A stretch of 33,197 nt of DNA from Verrucomicrobiales bacterium (GCA_012959985.1 DUCD01000470.1:23149-56345); one strand, 5' to 3'. Positions 1 through 10,269 are shown, counted from the first letter of the stretch. Numbers and translations: made by a program. The notes: generated by a model from the letters alone, not told the origin.

Positions 1-1
1 C

Positions 2-484
2 GGATGAAACAGAGTCCATGGCAAACCAATGCAGACTTGGGTGATCCGATGAACCGGATTGATTGACTAGTTCATCGGAATCCTTCGTCGGGTAATTCGG
101 TGTATTTTCGCCCGCCCAAAGCCATAGGTCTCCAACCACAACGTCATTAATGGTGATTTGGTTCTTGCCGTTGATGTTCAGGCTGCGGGCCGGCAACTCC
201 GGATCAAAGGCAACCGGATCAAATGTCACCTGCCAACGACCCTTCCGGTCGGCAACCGTCGCCCTGATTTGTTCAGAAAATGTCACACTGACCGCCTCAT
301 CTGGGTCAGCTTTCCCCCACACAATCAACGGTTTGTCACGCTGAACCATCATTCGCGAACCGAAAATTTCTGATAATCGGACGTCAGCCCGGATGGAAAA
401 CACCCAAAGAAACATACCCATCAAAACGTAACAATGGCTTCGAAACAGCAAAGAATTCGAAAAAATCGATCGAGAACATGGCAT
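2..484 (-). CDS. Sialate O-acetylesterase (SIAE/9-O-acetylesterase)-like secreted protein, N-terminal part (runs off the window start); catalytic motif degenerate
   Basis: Not in the ORF track. Hand translation from ATG 484 is open to position 2: ...VFSIRADVRLSEIFGSRMMVQRDKPLIVWGKADPDEAVSVTF...ADRKGRWQV...INDVVVGDLWLWAGENTPNY..., matching the typical SIAE N-terminus (LPxIFxxxMVLQRxxPIxVWG...DVLVGEVWLCSGQSNM). Confidence 0.8.
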   Translation of the reverse strand, partial: MPCSRSIFSNSLLFRSHCYVLMGMFLWVFSIRADVRLSEIFGSRMMVQRDKPLIVWGKADPDEAVSVTFSEQIRATVADRKGRWQVTFDPVAFDPELPARSLNINGKNQITINDVVVGDLWLWAGENTPNYPTKDSDELVNQSGSSDHPSLHWFAMDSVSS

Positions 485-546
485 TAGAAACTCAGATTAC
501 TTAAAGTAGATAACAGTTTCCAGTAGGAATACGCATCAATAATTTT

Positions 547-628
547 GGCAGGGAGGGCTGTCCCCGAACGCCGCGATTTGGCCAATGCTATCCTTGCATT
601 CGACGCACTGAGGACAGCGCTGCCTACC
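547..628. repeat. REP doublet/REPIN-like inverted repeat (family A, degenerate)
   Basis: Arms ggcagggagggctgtcccc... and ...tgaggacagcgctgcctacc are imperfect reverse complements and share the gctgtcc/ggacagc core with the copies at 23187 and 27150. Confidence 0.6.
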
Positions 629-728
629 TTAAAACATCTGAAAGTTCTTGAGCATGCGATTCTTTCAGTAAAAGCCCCTTCATCCTTTGATTGCCAGTTT
701 GGGGAGTCCGTGGTAAAAAATACCCTCT

Positions 729-3227
729 ATGCATTACACAAATGCGAATAAACAACGCGGCAAAACCCAACTCATCAGGCTATTTTCATTCTTGATGTTG
801 ATCCTACTCTGGGCAGCCCCTGCTCCTGCGTCTTTATTGGCTGCCGACGCTATCCCGGAGACGCCCGTTGTCCTAAACGACTCCGGGGCATCTATTTATA
901 AAGAAAAATGCGCGAATTGTCACGGTAGCGATGGCCAGGGAGTTGACGCCGAATATGACGAACCACTGTTTGGTGACCGTTCCATCAAGGCACTGACACG
1001 CCTAATCAGGCGTACGATGCCCGAAGATGAACCGGAAAACTGTGTCGGCGAAGAAGCCCACCAAGTGGCGGAATACATTTTCCACGAGTTCTATTCTATA
1101 AAAGCTCGAATGAAGAAGGGACTTAATCCTCGTATCGAACTGTCCCGATTGACGGTCCCGCAATACAGAAATGCGGTCGCCGACCTAATTGGTCACTTCA
1201 CTCCTCCTGCCGGCAAACTATCCGGGAAAAAGAAATCGGATGATAAAACTGCTTCTTCAGACTCAATCGAGGCTGGACTTCAAGCAAGGTATTTTCAGTC
1301 CAAAGGCATGAGTAAAGCGAACAAACTGCATTTGGAACGGAACGATCGCTACATTGACTTCGATTTTGGCGAAGGGAGCCCTACCGAGGCCATCACCGCC
1401 GATCAATTCTCGATCACTTGGGACGGGTCTCTCAAGGCTGAGGAAACAGGCTATTACGAGTTCCGCATCCACACTCAAAACGGTATTCGACTCTACCTTA
1501 ACAGTGAAAACACGGGCAAACGTGGTAAATTGCGGGACGACAGTTCCCTGGCAGGTCAGGCTGCCCTGATAGACGGCTGGGTCAGTTCGGGAAAAATGCG
1601 GAAGCATTCGGCAAGGGTCTTCCTGCTGGGAGGACACCGATACCCACTGCGTCTTGAATTCTTCAAGTATAAAGAAAAAACAGCCTCCATCAAGATGGAA
1701 TGGAAACGACCCCATGGAGCCTGGTCCGTCTTTGACCATCACTTTTCAAGTACAGCGCCGGCCTCAAGAACGTTTGTTGTCGAAACACCATTTCCTGCAG
1801 ATGACCGCAGTCTAGGTTATGAGCGCGGCAATGCGATTTCTCAGGAATGGCATTCGGCAACAACCCATGCAGCCCTTGCTTCCGCCGTCGAAATCATCAA
1901 CCGGCTGCCATTGCTCGCCGGATACAGAAAAGACACAACAGAAACCAAAGATCTTCTGAAAGATTTTGTCATCCGCTTTGCCACCCTTGCTTTTCGTCGC
2001 CCTCTAACACGCGATGAAGACCAAATGTATCGTGAATCTCTATTTTCAAAAGCAGCCAACCCTGAAGCGGCCGTCCGTTGGGCAGTCCTTCTCATCCTCA
2101 AATCACCGAGCTTTCTCTACACCAATCTGCCCGCCACTGAGGACACACCCAATGATTTCGTCATCGCTGCGAAACTCTCATTCGCGCTTTGGGATTCAAT
2201 CCCCGATCAAACACTGATTAACGCCGCACGCAACGGGAAGCTCACAACCTCAGAACAAATCACATCACAGGCTCACCGGATGATGAACAATCCACGAACC
2301 CGGACCAAGTTACAGCGATTCTTTAATCATTGGCTGGAACTTGAAGAACGGGACTTAGCGAAAGACAAGGACATGTTTCCCGAATATGATGAGACCACCA
2401 TCTCAGATCTTCGCTATTCTCTCAACCTGTTCCTTGAACAGACTGTCTGGAGTGAGGAATCGGATTACAGACAACTGTTACTAGCAGACCATCTGCTTCT
2501 CAATGAATCTCTACTCGATCTTTACCACCCCGATGACGAAAATTCGGAACACCCAAAATCGAAACCGGAATCAGATGCCCCACCCATTGCCGATTTCGAG
2601 CCCGTAGTGTTCTCACCTGAGCGCCGGGCAGGTGTGCTCACCCACCCCTACCTTTTGAGCGCTTTTGCCTATCACAACAATAGCTCCCCCATCCACCGCG
2701 GCGTTTTTCTAACCCGCAATATCATGGGACGTGGTCTCAGGCCACCTCCGAAGGCAGTCGCCTTCAAAAATGAAGAATTCGCACCGGATTTCACCATGCG
2801 CGAGAAGATCACCAAGCTGACCCGGGATACCACCTGCATGGCCTGTCATTCCTTTATCAATCCACTGGGTTTTGCCTTGGAGAATTTTGATGCCGTCGGA
2901 CGTTGGCGTACTCGTGACAACAACAAGCCGGTCAACAGCCTAAGCGAATACATTACCGAATCCGGAGACACTCTGGAAGTCCAGAGCGCTCGGGATATCG
3001 CCGATTTCGCGGTTTCAAATGAATCCGCTCACAAGGCATTCGTCACCCAGATGTTCCATCATTTGGTTATGCAGTCCCCTTATGCCTACGGGCCCTATTC
3101 CGTGGATCAGTTGCGAAAAAAGTTTGCGGAAAACAACTTCAACATTCAGAGTCTTGTGTCTGATATTGCTGTACTCGCAACTGGCCATCGTCAGACCGAA
3201 TTGACCCTAAGCGAATCGAAGCCATGA
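729..3227 (+). CDS. Cytochrome c + PA14 + DUF1587/DUF1595/DUF1592/DUF1588/DUF1585 multidomain protein (planctomycete PSD/PSCyt3 type)
   Basis: Signal peptide; CANCH with downstream TMP; [14 protein letters not shown]; PA14-like [10 protein letters not shown]...FSITWDG...GYYEF...GIRLYL; [11 protein letters not shown]; [12 protein letters not shown]; RAGVLTHP...SPIHRGVF...CMACH...[16 protein letters not shown]. Confidence 0.88.
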   Translation: MHYTNANKQRGKTQLIRLFSFLMLILLWAAPAPASLLAADAIPETPVVLNDSGASIYKEKCANCHGSDGQGVDAEYDEPLFGDRSIKALTRLIRRTMPEDEPENCVGEEAHQVAEYIFHEFYSIKARMKKGLNPRIELSRLTVPQYRNAVADLIGHFTPPAGKLSGKKKSDDKTASSDSIEAGLQARYFQSKGMSKANKLHLERNDRYIDFDFGEGSPTEAITADQFSITWDGSLKAEETGYYEFRIHTQNGIRLYLNSENTGKRGKLRDDSSLAGQAALIDGWVSSGKMRKHSARVFLLGGHRYPLRLEFFKYKEKTASIKMEWKRPHGAWSVFDHHFSSTAPASRTFVVETPFPADDRSLGYERGNAISQEWHSATTHAALASAVEIINRLPLLAGYRKDTTETKDLLKDFVIRFATLAFRRPLTRDEDQMYRESLFSKAANPEAAVRWAVLLILKSPSFLYTNLPATEDTPNDFVIAAKLSFALWDSIPDQTLINAARNGKLTTSEQITSQAHRMMNNPRTRTKLQRFFNHWLELEERDLAKDKDMFPEYDETTISDLRYSLNLFLEQTVWSEESDYRQLLLADHLLLNESLLDLYHPDDENSEHPKSKPESDAPPIADFEPVVFSPERRAGVLTHPYLLSAFAYHNNSSPIHRGVFLTRNIMGRGLRPPPKAVAFKNEEFAPDFTMREKITKLTRDTTCMACHSFINPLGFALENFDAVGRWRTRDNNKPVNSLSEYITESGDTLEVQSARDIADFAVSNESAHKAFVTQMFHHLVMQSPYAYGPYSVDQLRKKFAENNFNIQSLVSDIAVLATGHRQTELTLSESKP

Positions 3228-4570
3228 CACTCTCCCATTACAACCGCCGTGATTTTCTCCGTGAATTAGGCATCGGCGCTGCCGCTCTTCCTTTTCTCGC
3301 AGGACTTCCCAGCCTTAGAGCTGCAAATAGCAGCAACACGGCCGCCCTTTCCCGAAAACGACTGGTTATCATGTTCTCGCCTAACGGCACACTACCGAAA
3401 GAGTTGTGGCCAAACCAGTTCGGCGCCGACATCCCATTGGAAATCAAATCCATTCTCAGACCGCTCGACCCCTACCGCGAGCAAATGCTGCTGCTGAAGG
3501 GAGTCAATAACAAGATCCGCGGAGACGGAGACGGCCATATGCGGGGCATGTCCTGCCTCCTTACCGCAACCGAACTGAATCCAGGAAATATTCAGGGCGG
3601 TTCTGATACTCCCGCCGGATGGGCAAGTGGCCTCTCGATCGACCAGCAGATCCGCAACTTTTTTCAATCCCGTAAGGAAACCCGAACTCGGTTCGGTTCC
3701 CTGGAATTCGGTGTTGCCGTTCCCAATCGGGCCGATCCCTGGACCCGTATGTGCTACGCCGGAGATGACAAGCCGATCGCCCCGTTAGACAATCCGGGAC
3801 AAATGTTCCAAAAACTTTACGGAGGTGCCCAGGACCGGGAAAGCATCGCCGGGATTCTGGACTATGTCCGTGAAGACTTACGTCGGGCAACCAGAAAACT
3901 CAGTTCGGAAGATCGCGCTCTGCTCGAAGAGCACATGCAACTCGTCCGAAAATTGGAACAAGACATAGAGGCTGCCAGGAATCAGAACGAACTCACACAC
4001 CCTGAGCCAGAGGTTGATCCGGATATCGAACTGGTCAACGATAATACACCGGCTATCAGCCGCATGCAGATCGACCTACTGGTCAATGCTCTGGCCAACG
4101 ACATGACCCGGGTTGCCAGTCTTCAGTACATGCGTTCAGTCGGCCAAGCCCGTATGCGGTGGCTCGACGTTCAGGAAGGACATCATTCCCTTTCTCATGA
4201 ACCGGATAAAAACCTGAAAGCCTATGAGAAGCTCAAGCGTATAAATCTCTGGTTCGCCGGTGAATTGGCTTATCTTGTGAAACGACTGGCTGATACTCCA
4301 GAACCGGGAAGAGTTGGGGGTAATATGCTGGACCACACTCAGATCATCTGGGTCAACGAACTCGGCAAAGGAAACTCTCATACCTTATCCAATATTCCTT
4401 TTGTGCTGATCGGCGGTGGGGCCGGTTTCAAAACCAATCGGGCTCTCGATTTCAAGGGAGTTCCCCACAACCGACTCTGGTTGTCCCTGGCTCACGCCAT
4501 GGGAGACGAAAAACTTCAATCCTTCGGAACCGAAAAATTCTCGGTCGATGGTCCACTGGATCTGTCATGA
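3224..4570 (+). CDS. DUF1552 (HXXSHH) family Tat-exported protein
   Basis: NRRDFLR twin-arginine signal; [10 protein letters not shown]; GHHSLSH motif; ATGA overlap with the upstream DUF1592 gene, the usual pairing. Confidence 0.88.
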   Translation: MTLSHYNRRDFLRELGIGAAALPFLAGLPSLRAANSSNTAALSRKRLVIMFSPNGTLPKELWPNQFGADIPLEIKSILRPLDPYREQMLLLKGVNNKIRGDGDGHMRGMSCLLTATELNPGNIQGGSDTPAGWASGLSIDQQIRNFFQSRKETRTRFGSLEFGVAVPNRADPWTRMCYAGDDKPIAPLDNPGQMFQKLYGGAQDRESIAGILDYVREDLRRATRKLSSEDRALLEEHMQLVRKLEQDIEAARNQNELTHPEPEVDPDIELVNDNTPAISRMQIDLLVNALANDMTRVASLQYMRSVGQARMRWLDVQEGHHSLSHEPDKNLKAYEKLKRINLWFAGELAYLVKRLADTPEPGRVGGNMLDHTQIIWVNELGKGNSHTLSNIPFVLIGGGAGFKTNRALDFKGVPHNRLWLSLAHAMGDEKLQSFGTEKFSVDGPLDLS

Positions 4571-4628
4571 CCTCCCCTTTCTTGTTTAGAAAGCATCCTT
4601 TCAAGGATGTCAGTGGGAGGCAGAGCGC

Positions 4629-4783
4629 CACTGCCATTCGGTTAAGGATTTTCCGCAGGTTTTTTAACACCGCCATCCCTGAAGCTGGCCGCGCCGAGGC
4701 CGGTAAATGAATGCCGATTTCAATGATCCGGGGTCGACGCCCCCAGCTTCAGGGGTGCCTGATTTCTTAACCGAATGGCAGTG
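4629..4783. mobile_element. Non-autonomous IS4-like MITE (155 bp) with 18-bp perfect TIRs and 10-bp target duplication
   Basis: cactgccattcggttaag (4629-4646) and cttaaccgaatggcagtg (4766-4783) are exact inverted repeats resembling the IS4 end TAATGCCGATCAGTTAAG; flanks ggcagagcgc (4619-4628) and gggagagcgc (4784-4793) match at 9/10. Confidence 0.65.
4677..4756. repeat. REPIN-like element (family B) inside the MITE
   Basis: ccctgaagctggccgcgccgaggccgg...ccggggtcgacgcccccagcttcaggg has inverted outer arms; a close inverted copy lies at 8496-8581. Confidence 0.75.
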
Positions 4784-4837
4784 GGGAGAGCGCCGGCCTG
4801 TCTTCGGTTATGCCTGATCGGTCATTCACAGGAATGT

Positions 4838-4932
4838 GGCGACTCCGTCGACCGCAATCCAGACCGCTGACGCGTTTGCCTAAAGAACTCTGATGCTCCG
4901 GTAGGTTATGAAGTGCGCGCGCCGGAGTCGCC
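4838..4932. repeat. Inverted repeat pair, possible degenerate REP doublet (family C)
   Basis: ggcgactccg (4838-4847) and cggagtcgcc (4923-4932) form a perfect 10-bp inverted pair in intergenic DNA. Confidence 0.35.
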
Positions 4933-5050
4933 GCTTTGAATGAGGAGGAAGCCGAGGATTAACTGGACAAGAATGTTATTTTTATCCTTAACAGAATGAC
5001 CGTGAGGCGAACATTCCCGGCGAACCAATCAAACATCTCATACATGGAAT

Positions 5051-6544
5051 ATGTCATATCAGAAACTTGTTTCAGAACTAAAACGCCTTCATTACCTCAA
5101 TTCAGCACTGGATCTGCTCGGGTGGGATGAGCAGGTAAACCTCCCAAAGAAAAGTGCGGCGGCGCGCGCGTCACAATCATCTGCGCTTTCTGATTTGATT
5201 CATCGGGAATCGATTCATCCACAGGTCGACGATTGGTTGAATGCACTGGAGCAGGATCCAAATGCCCTGACCACGGAGCAACAATGCGTTGTTCAAGAGG
5301 CTAGACGGAATTTTGACCGAGCCGTCAAGCTGCCTTCCGCGTTTGTTGCCCGCCGGGCCGAACATCAGAGCCGTGCCTACCATGCCTGGGTTGAAGCCCG
5401 GAAAAATGATGACTTCGTTTCTTTTGCACCTTTTCTGAAGACGCAACTTGAGCTTGCGCGGGAGGAAGCGGGATTCTTCGGATTGGACGGCCTTCAGGCC
5501 TACGACTATCACATCGACAACCACGACCCCGGAATGACGGCCTCGGTGATCGGCACACTCTTTGACTCACTGAAATCAGAAATCGTTCCTCTGGTGAAAC
5601 AGATTCTCAGCTCAGCAGTGAAACCCAATCTCAGTATGTTCAAAGGATTTCCCATTGCACAACAGGAAGCCTTCCTCAAACGCGTGACGGCATCCCTGGG
5701 CTTCGATTATGATCGGGGGCGACTTGATGTGGCGGTCCACCCATTCTGCTCCGGGAACGGGGAAGACACTCGACTGACAACACGATATTTCGTCGACAAT
5801 CCTCTGGACTCACTTTTCAGTTCAATTCATGAAACAGGCCATGGTCTCTACGAGCAGGGACTTCCCCTCGAGCATCTGGGCACCGGATTAGGAACAGCAG
5901 CAGGCATGGGGGTTCATGAATCACAGAGCCGTATTTGGGAAAACCAGGTCGCTCGAAGCCGATCATTCTGGGATTACTGGGAGCCATTCTATCGTGAGGC
6001 CTTTCCGGAGCAGTTGTCCGGCGTAACTTCCGAGCAACTTTACCTTGCGGTCAATGGAGTTTCCCTCAATCCCATCCGGGTGGATTCAGATGAAGTGACT
6101 TACAACCTCCATATCATTCTTAGGTTCGAGTTGGAAAAGTGTCTGTTTTCCGGGGAACTGGACGTTGTGGACCTGCCAGCGTTCTGGAACGAAAAAGCCG
6201 AGAAAATCATCGGGCTTCGTCCCACCAGTGACGTAGAGGGAGTTCTTCAGGACGTGCACTGGTCCAGTGGAGCATTTGGCTACTTTCCCAGCTACTGCCT
6301 AGGCAACATGCTGGCCGCCCAGCTTTGGTACTCGGCTCTTGATGCCTTGCCCGGGATCGAAATCGATTTCAGCAATGGCGACTTCACCCGACTTTTGAGT
6401 TGGTTAAGAGAAAAGGTACATTGTGAAGGGAAACGTTGCGACCTCATGAACTTGACGAAGAAAGTTACCGGTAAAGAGCTTTCAAGTGATTCTCTCATCC
6501 GTTATCTCAAGGAACGCTATCTTCCTCTCTATCAGCAAACATAG
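5051..6544 (+). CDS. Carboxypeptidase M32 (Taq-type metallocarboxypeptidase)
   Basis: HPF, HETGH (HEXXH), HESQSR, IRVDSDE and GVLQDVHWSSGAFGYFPSY motifs; 497 aa. Confidence 0.95.
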   Translation: MSYQKLVSELKRLHYLNSALDLLGWDEQVNLPKKSAAARASQSSALSDLIHRESIHPQVDDWLNALEQDPNALTTEQQCVVQEARRNFDRAVKLPSAFVARRAEHQSRAYHAWVEARKNDDFVSFAPFLKTQLELAREEAGFFGLDGLQAYDYHIDNHDPGMTASVIGTLFDSLKSEIVPLVKQILSSAVKPNLSMFKGFPIAQQEAFLKRVTASLGFDYDRGRLDVAVHPFCSGNGEDTRLTTRYFVDNPLDSLFSSIHETGHGLYEQGLPLEHLGTGLGTAAGMGVHESQSRIWENQVARSRSFWDYWEPFYREAFPEQLSGVTSEQLYLAVNGVSLNPIRVDSDEVTYNLHIILRFELEKCLFSGELDVVDLPAFWNEKAEKIIGLRPTSDVEGVLQDVHWSSGAFGYFPSYCLGNMLAAQLWYSALDALPGIEIDFSNGDFTRLLSWLREKVHCEGKRCDLMNLTKKVTGKELSSDSLIRYLKERYLPLYQQT

Positions 6545-6558
6545 GGGTAAGAATTCTA

Positions 6559-8286
6559 ATGCGTTTCCAAAGCGATTCACTTCACAGCAGCATGACTGGA
6601 CCGGAAAAAATCAACTCAGTTGAGAATGCAATTGAGGAATTGAAACAAGCAAAGGACCGATTTGCAAACGCATCGCTTTCCGCTCGAATCCAACTCCTCG
6701 GGGATTGTATAGACGGAGTAAATACCTATGCCAGAGAATGGGTGAAAGTAGCCTGCGAGGCAAAGCATATCCCATCTGGCAGCCCATTCAGAGCAGAGGA
6801 AGTCACAGGGGGTCCGATGGCAACGATTAGATTTCTTCAGCTTTTATTGATCAATTTAACCCACCATCATAGATACGGAAGCCCTCGTCTCCCTGGCCCT
6901 GTCACTCACTCTGATACCGGAGCGTTGCGCGTAAATGTAGTTCCGGACAAGAAGACCTTTGACCCCTGGCTTTTCAGAGGATTCAAGGCTGAAGTTCGAG
7001 TTAAAGAACCTGTTGATAAGGTGAATTTCCAAGAAACAGTTAGCCCGCGCGAACATTCTAAGGAAGATCTGAAAGGCAGAATTTGTCTGGTCCTCGGAGC
7101 TGGCAATGTATCAAGCATCCCTATAACCGATACCTTGTCTAAATTGTTTCTTGAACACAAATGTGTTCTTCTCAAGATGAATCCGGTCAACGAGTATCTT
7201 GGACCGATATTCTACAAGGCCTTTGCTTCATTGATCGATGAAGGTTTCTTTCAAATCATTTATGGAGACGCCGAGGTAGGAGCCAAAGCGATTCATCATG
7301 AACTAGTCGATTCAGTACACGTAACCGGATCAACTGCCTCTCATGATGCGATTGTCTGGGGGTCCGATGAAGCCGATCGAAAGAGTCGACTTCAACTCAA
7401 GCAACCCCTACTCACCAAAGAAATCACCAGTGAGTTGGGCAATGTCACCCCATGGATAGTCGTGCCCGGTCCCTATACGGCAAGGCAACTCAATTTCCAG
7501 GCCCAGAGCATTGCCGCTTCAATAGTCAATAATGCTTCCTTTAACTGCATCGCAACCAAAGTGATCTTAACACGTCGCCAATGGAACCAGAGAGAGACTT
7601 TCATGAACCAGTTGGAAAAGGAGTTGAGAAAAACACCTACGCGCCATGCCTACTACCCGGGAGCAGTGGAACGTTTCAAACGATTCTCTCCTCAGACAAC
7701 GATTTCGGATTCAGCAACAGAGTTACCATGGACATTAATTCGTAATCTCGATCCCGAATCGGCCGGTCTCTACCTACGGGAAGAATCTTTTGTTTGTGTG
7801 TGTGTCGAAGTTGCTCTTGATGCAGATTCGGATTCAGATTTTCTGAAAAAAGCGACACGGTTTGCCAACGAAGAACTCTGGGGAACCTTGGGAGCAGGCA
7901 TTACAGTTCATCCTAAGTTCAGAGCGAACACAGAAAACGAACAAGTATTCCAAGATTGTCTGGATCAACTGGAGTACGGTGTGATCGCCATCAATCACTG
8001 GGTTGGCATTGCCTTTGCCATGATGGGTGTTCCATGGGGTGGTCATCCAGGAAGTTCGATTGAAGATGTTAAAAGCGGCATCGGCTGGGTTCACAATGCC
8101 TACATGCTGAAGGACATCGAGAAAAGTATTCTTGAAGGACCGCTGACAGTGTTTCCCAAACCTATCTGGCTGCCCTCACATCAAAACCCGGAACCGATCA
8201 GCTGGCGGCTACTGGATCTTTATCACCGGCCTTGCTATTGGAACCTCTTCAAACTTCTAATGAGCGCAGTCGGAACCCGGCATTGA
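6559..8286 (+). CDS. Aldehyde dehydrogenase family protein (long, uncharacterised subfamily)
   Basis: VLGAGN, LKMNPVN, HVTGS, SELGNV (catalytic Glu), FNC (catalytic Cys), EESF. Confidence 0.88.
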   Translation: MRFQSDSLHSSMTGPEKINSVENAIEELKQAKDRFANASLSARIQLLGDCIDGVNTYAREWVKVACEAKHIPSGSPFRAEEVTGGPMATIRFLQLLLINLTHHHRYGSPRLPGPVTHSDTGALRVNVVPDKKTFDPWLFRGFKAEVRVKEPVDKVNFQETVSPREHSKEDLKGRICLVLGAGNVSSIPITDTLSKLFLEHKCVLLKMNPVNEYLGPIFYKAFASLIDEGFFQIIYGDAEVGAKAIHHELVDSVHVTGSTASHDAIVWGSDEADRKSRLQLKQPLLTKEITSELGNVTPWIVVPGPYTARQLNFQAQSIAASIVNNASFNCIATKVILTRRQWNQRETFMNQLEKELRKTPTRHAYYPGAVERFKRFSPQTTISDSATELPWTLIRNLDPESAGLYLREESFVCVCVEVALDADSDSDFLKKATRFANEELWGTLGAGITVHPKFRANTENEQVFQDCLDQLEYGVIAINHWVGIAFAMMGVPWGGHPGSSIEDVKSGIGWVHNAYMLKDIEKSILEGPLTVFPKPIWLPSHQNPEPISWRLLDLYHRPCYWNLFKLLMSAVGTRH

Positions 8287-8495
8287 TCAAGCGTCTTTCG
8301 AAATGGAAATCGGAAGAAGTTTATAACATTCGCGTTATGTCGCCAACGCGCCTCCAGGGTTACTCTGCAGAACTCAGTAAATCAGACGGAAACGCAGCTT
8401 TCATATGCCAAACAGAACTCCCTGAAAAACGGGCAGTCAATGGGAGGACCTGCGTCACTGCCGCTAGGCTAAGGTAAAAACGAAGAAATACGTAC

Positions 8496-8581
8496 CCCCT
8501 GTAGCTGGGGGCGTCGACCCCGGATCATTGAAATCTGCACGCATTTCTTTAATATTCCGGCCTCAGCGCGGCCAGCTTCAG
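8496..8581. repeat. REPIN-like element (family B), inverted copy of 4677-4756
   Basis: cccctgtagctgggggcgtcgaccccggatcattgaaatc...ccggcctcagcgcggccagcttcag is near-identical to the reverse complement of the 4677 copy apart from a short indel; it carries a GTAG foot and lies between convergent genes. Confidence 0.75.
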
Positions 8582-8703
8582 ATACGACGAACTTAACAAT
8601 GGAGATTTCAAATTGGCAATTCCGATCTCTCGATTCAGCCATTCTACTGAGTTCTGATTTTGTGAACTGTGACAAGTGTCTTCCAACCACCGACATATAA
8701 ATC

Positions 8704-10269
8704 CTACTCGGTGAGAGATACCAGGAAGGACGTCAACGCTCCAGCTTCCTCCACGGTAAACAAGCCGGCCATTGAAGGCATCGGGGACTGGTCTGATGTT
8801 TCTCTTTTGGTGATCTTGGTTTTGTCGATTGACAGGTTTGTTCCATCAGGGAGAGCAAGGGTTATCGTATGTTCATCTTCGAAAACAATCCTGCCAGAAA
8901 TTGTTTCATCCTGATTATAGGTGATAAGGATAGGGGCATATCCTTCGGTGATTTTAGCACTGGGTGAGACAATGGACTCAAGAATGGCTTCCGGTTGCAA
9001 CCGGGATCCGATCCCGTTAAGCTTGGGACCGATATTCCCACCATCGGGTTGATCAGCTGTGTGACAGGTGACGCATAGATATTTCGAATAAAACAGATTC
9101 CTACCGAGTTTCGCATCCTCAAATATCAAAGCATCCCTGAATGTATCCATCGGATTGAGCATGCGCTGCTCAGCATCATTATCGGGCACAATCTGCCGAA
9201 TCCAATCAGCTATGAGGGAAGCGCCTTCTTCATCCACAAGCTTCCGCCCCAAAGTCGGCATCATGACCCCCAATTCCGTCGACTGAATTCGATGCAACAA
9301 AAACGATTTTTCGGGCTTACCTGGTTCGATACTGAAACGAAGACCACGAGACCCCCGACCGGCAGCAACCGGCGGTTTGTAAACTCCAAAACGGCCGGGA
9401 TCTTCCTGGTGGTATGAAAGATCAAGCCCAGTCACATTCGCCGGACCCTCCGGATTATGGCAATGAGCACAGTTCACTTCCAACCATGCCCGTGCCCTTG
9501 ACAGAACATCACCGGTGGTAGGATCATTCCACACGGGAAACTTGGAACCTGTTTCCACATCTGATGGAACGTCATTTATTAACCCCAAATCGTCCCAATG
9601 CTTCAGTTGGTTTTTTGTGCCTTGGACAAACTCCACATCACGATTCAGGTTTTCGACCTTCATACCGATTGGCGCCATGACCTCCCGGTTGACATGACAT
9701 TGTTTGCATTGGTTCATATTCGGCGTCACAAAATTATGCGCGCGATCTGATCCATCGAAGTGTTTCCAACTAACAGGAGTTTTTCGGCCGGCAACAGCAC
9801 GACGGGCATCATCCCCTGTCTCATTCCACACATAGGGTACACCAAGCCAACCTTTGTTCTGGTGAATCAGAAGACGTGTTTCAATTTGTTTTTCTCCCTT
9901 TGAAGCATCCCGGATATCATTCAAGTAATACAATGTCTGAATCAGGACAGTCCCCACAGGAAACTTAAAAATCCCGACCTTCTGATACACCGCTTGAGTC
10001 CCCGGAGGTACATACAAATAATGACGCGACCGGGTATAATCTGCAAAGTGTGTCGAATTCAGCTCGTAAGGGAAGACACCTACATTCGGAACCTGATTCT
10101 TCAAATCTATGAACAAACCATATTCCGAAAGGAGTTTTGCAGGACGTCTCGACTCAAGATCCACGACAATCGGCAACTCGGGTTTCTTCTGAATCGACAC
10201 CGTACGATCACATCCGGCAAGAAATGGAAGACAGCCTACAATTCCAAGGAATACACTTTTGAATCTCAT
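8704..10269 (-). CDS. SO2930/HNE_0200 (TIGR03806)-type diheme c cytochrome lipoprotein fused to a C-terminal TIGR02603-type heme-binding domain (3 CxxCH)
   Basis: Lipobox LAGC; LLSEYGLF, PYELNSTHFADY, FPVGTVL, ETRLL; CKQCH, CAHCH, MMPTLGR; then CVTCH...IGPKLNGIGSR...ILESIVSPSAKITEGY...SPMP. Confidence 0.85.
   Translation of the reverse strand: MRFKSVFLGIVGCLPFLAGCDRTVSIQKKPELPIVVDLESRRPAKLLSEYGLFIDLKNQVPNVGVFPYELNSTHFADYTRSRHYLYVPPGTQAVYQKVGIFKFPVGTVLIQTLYYLNDIRDASKGEKQIETRLLIHQNKGWLGVPYVWNETGDDARRAVAGRKTPVSWKHFDGSDRAHNFVTPNMNQCKQCHVNREVMAPIGMKVENLNRDVEFVQGTKNQLKHWDDLGLINDVPSDVETGSKFPVWNDPTTGDVLSRARAWLEVNCAHCHNPEGPANVTGLDLSYHQEDPGRFGVYKPPVAAGRGSRGLRFSIEPGKPEKSFLLHRIQSTELGVMMPTLGRKLVDEEGASLIADWIRQIVPDNDAEQRMLNPMDTFRDALIFEDAKLGRNLFYSKYLCVTCHTADQPDGGNIGPKLNGIGSRLQPEAILESIVSPSAKITEGYAPILITYNQDETISGRIVFEDEHTITLALPDGTNLSIDKTKITKRETSDQSPMPSMAGLFTVEEAGALTSFLVSLTE

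Noticed and set aside
4594-4609. catcct-ttca-aggatg hairpin as an intrinsic terminator
   Set aside because: Weak stem with no U-tract
8323-8338. ataac-attcgc-gttat palindrome as an integron attC site
   Set aside because: Too short, with no paired L/R boxes, cassette array or integrase
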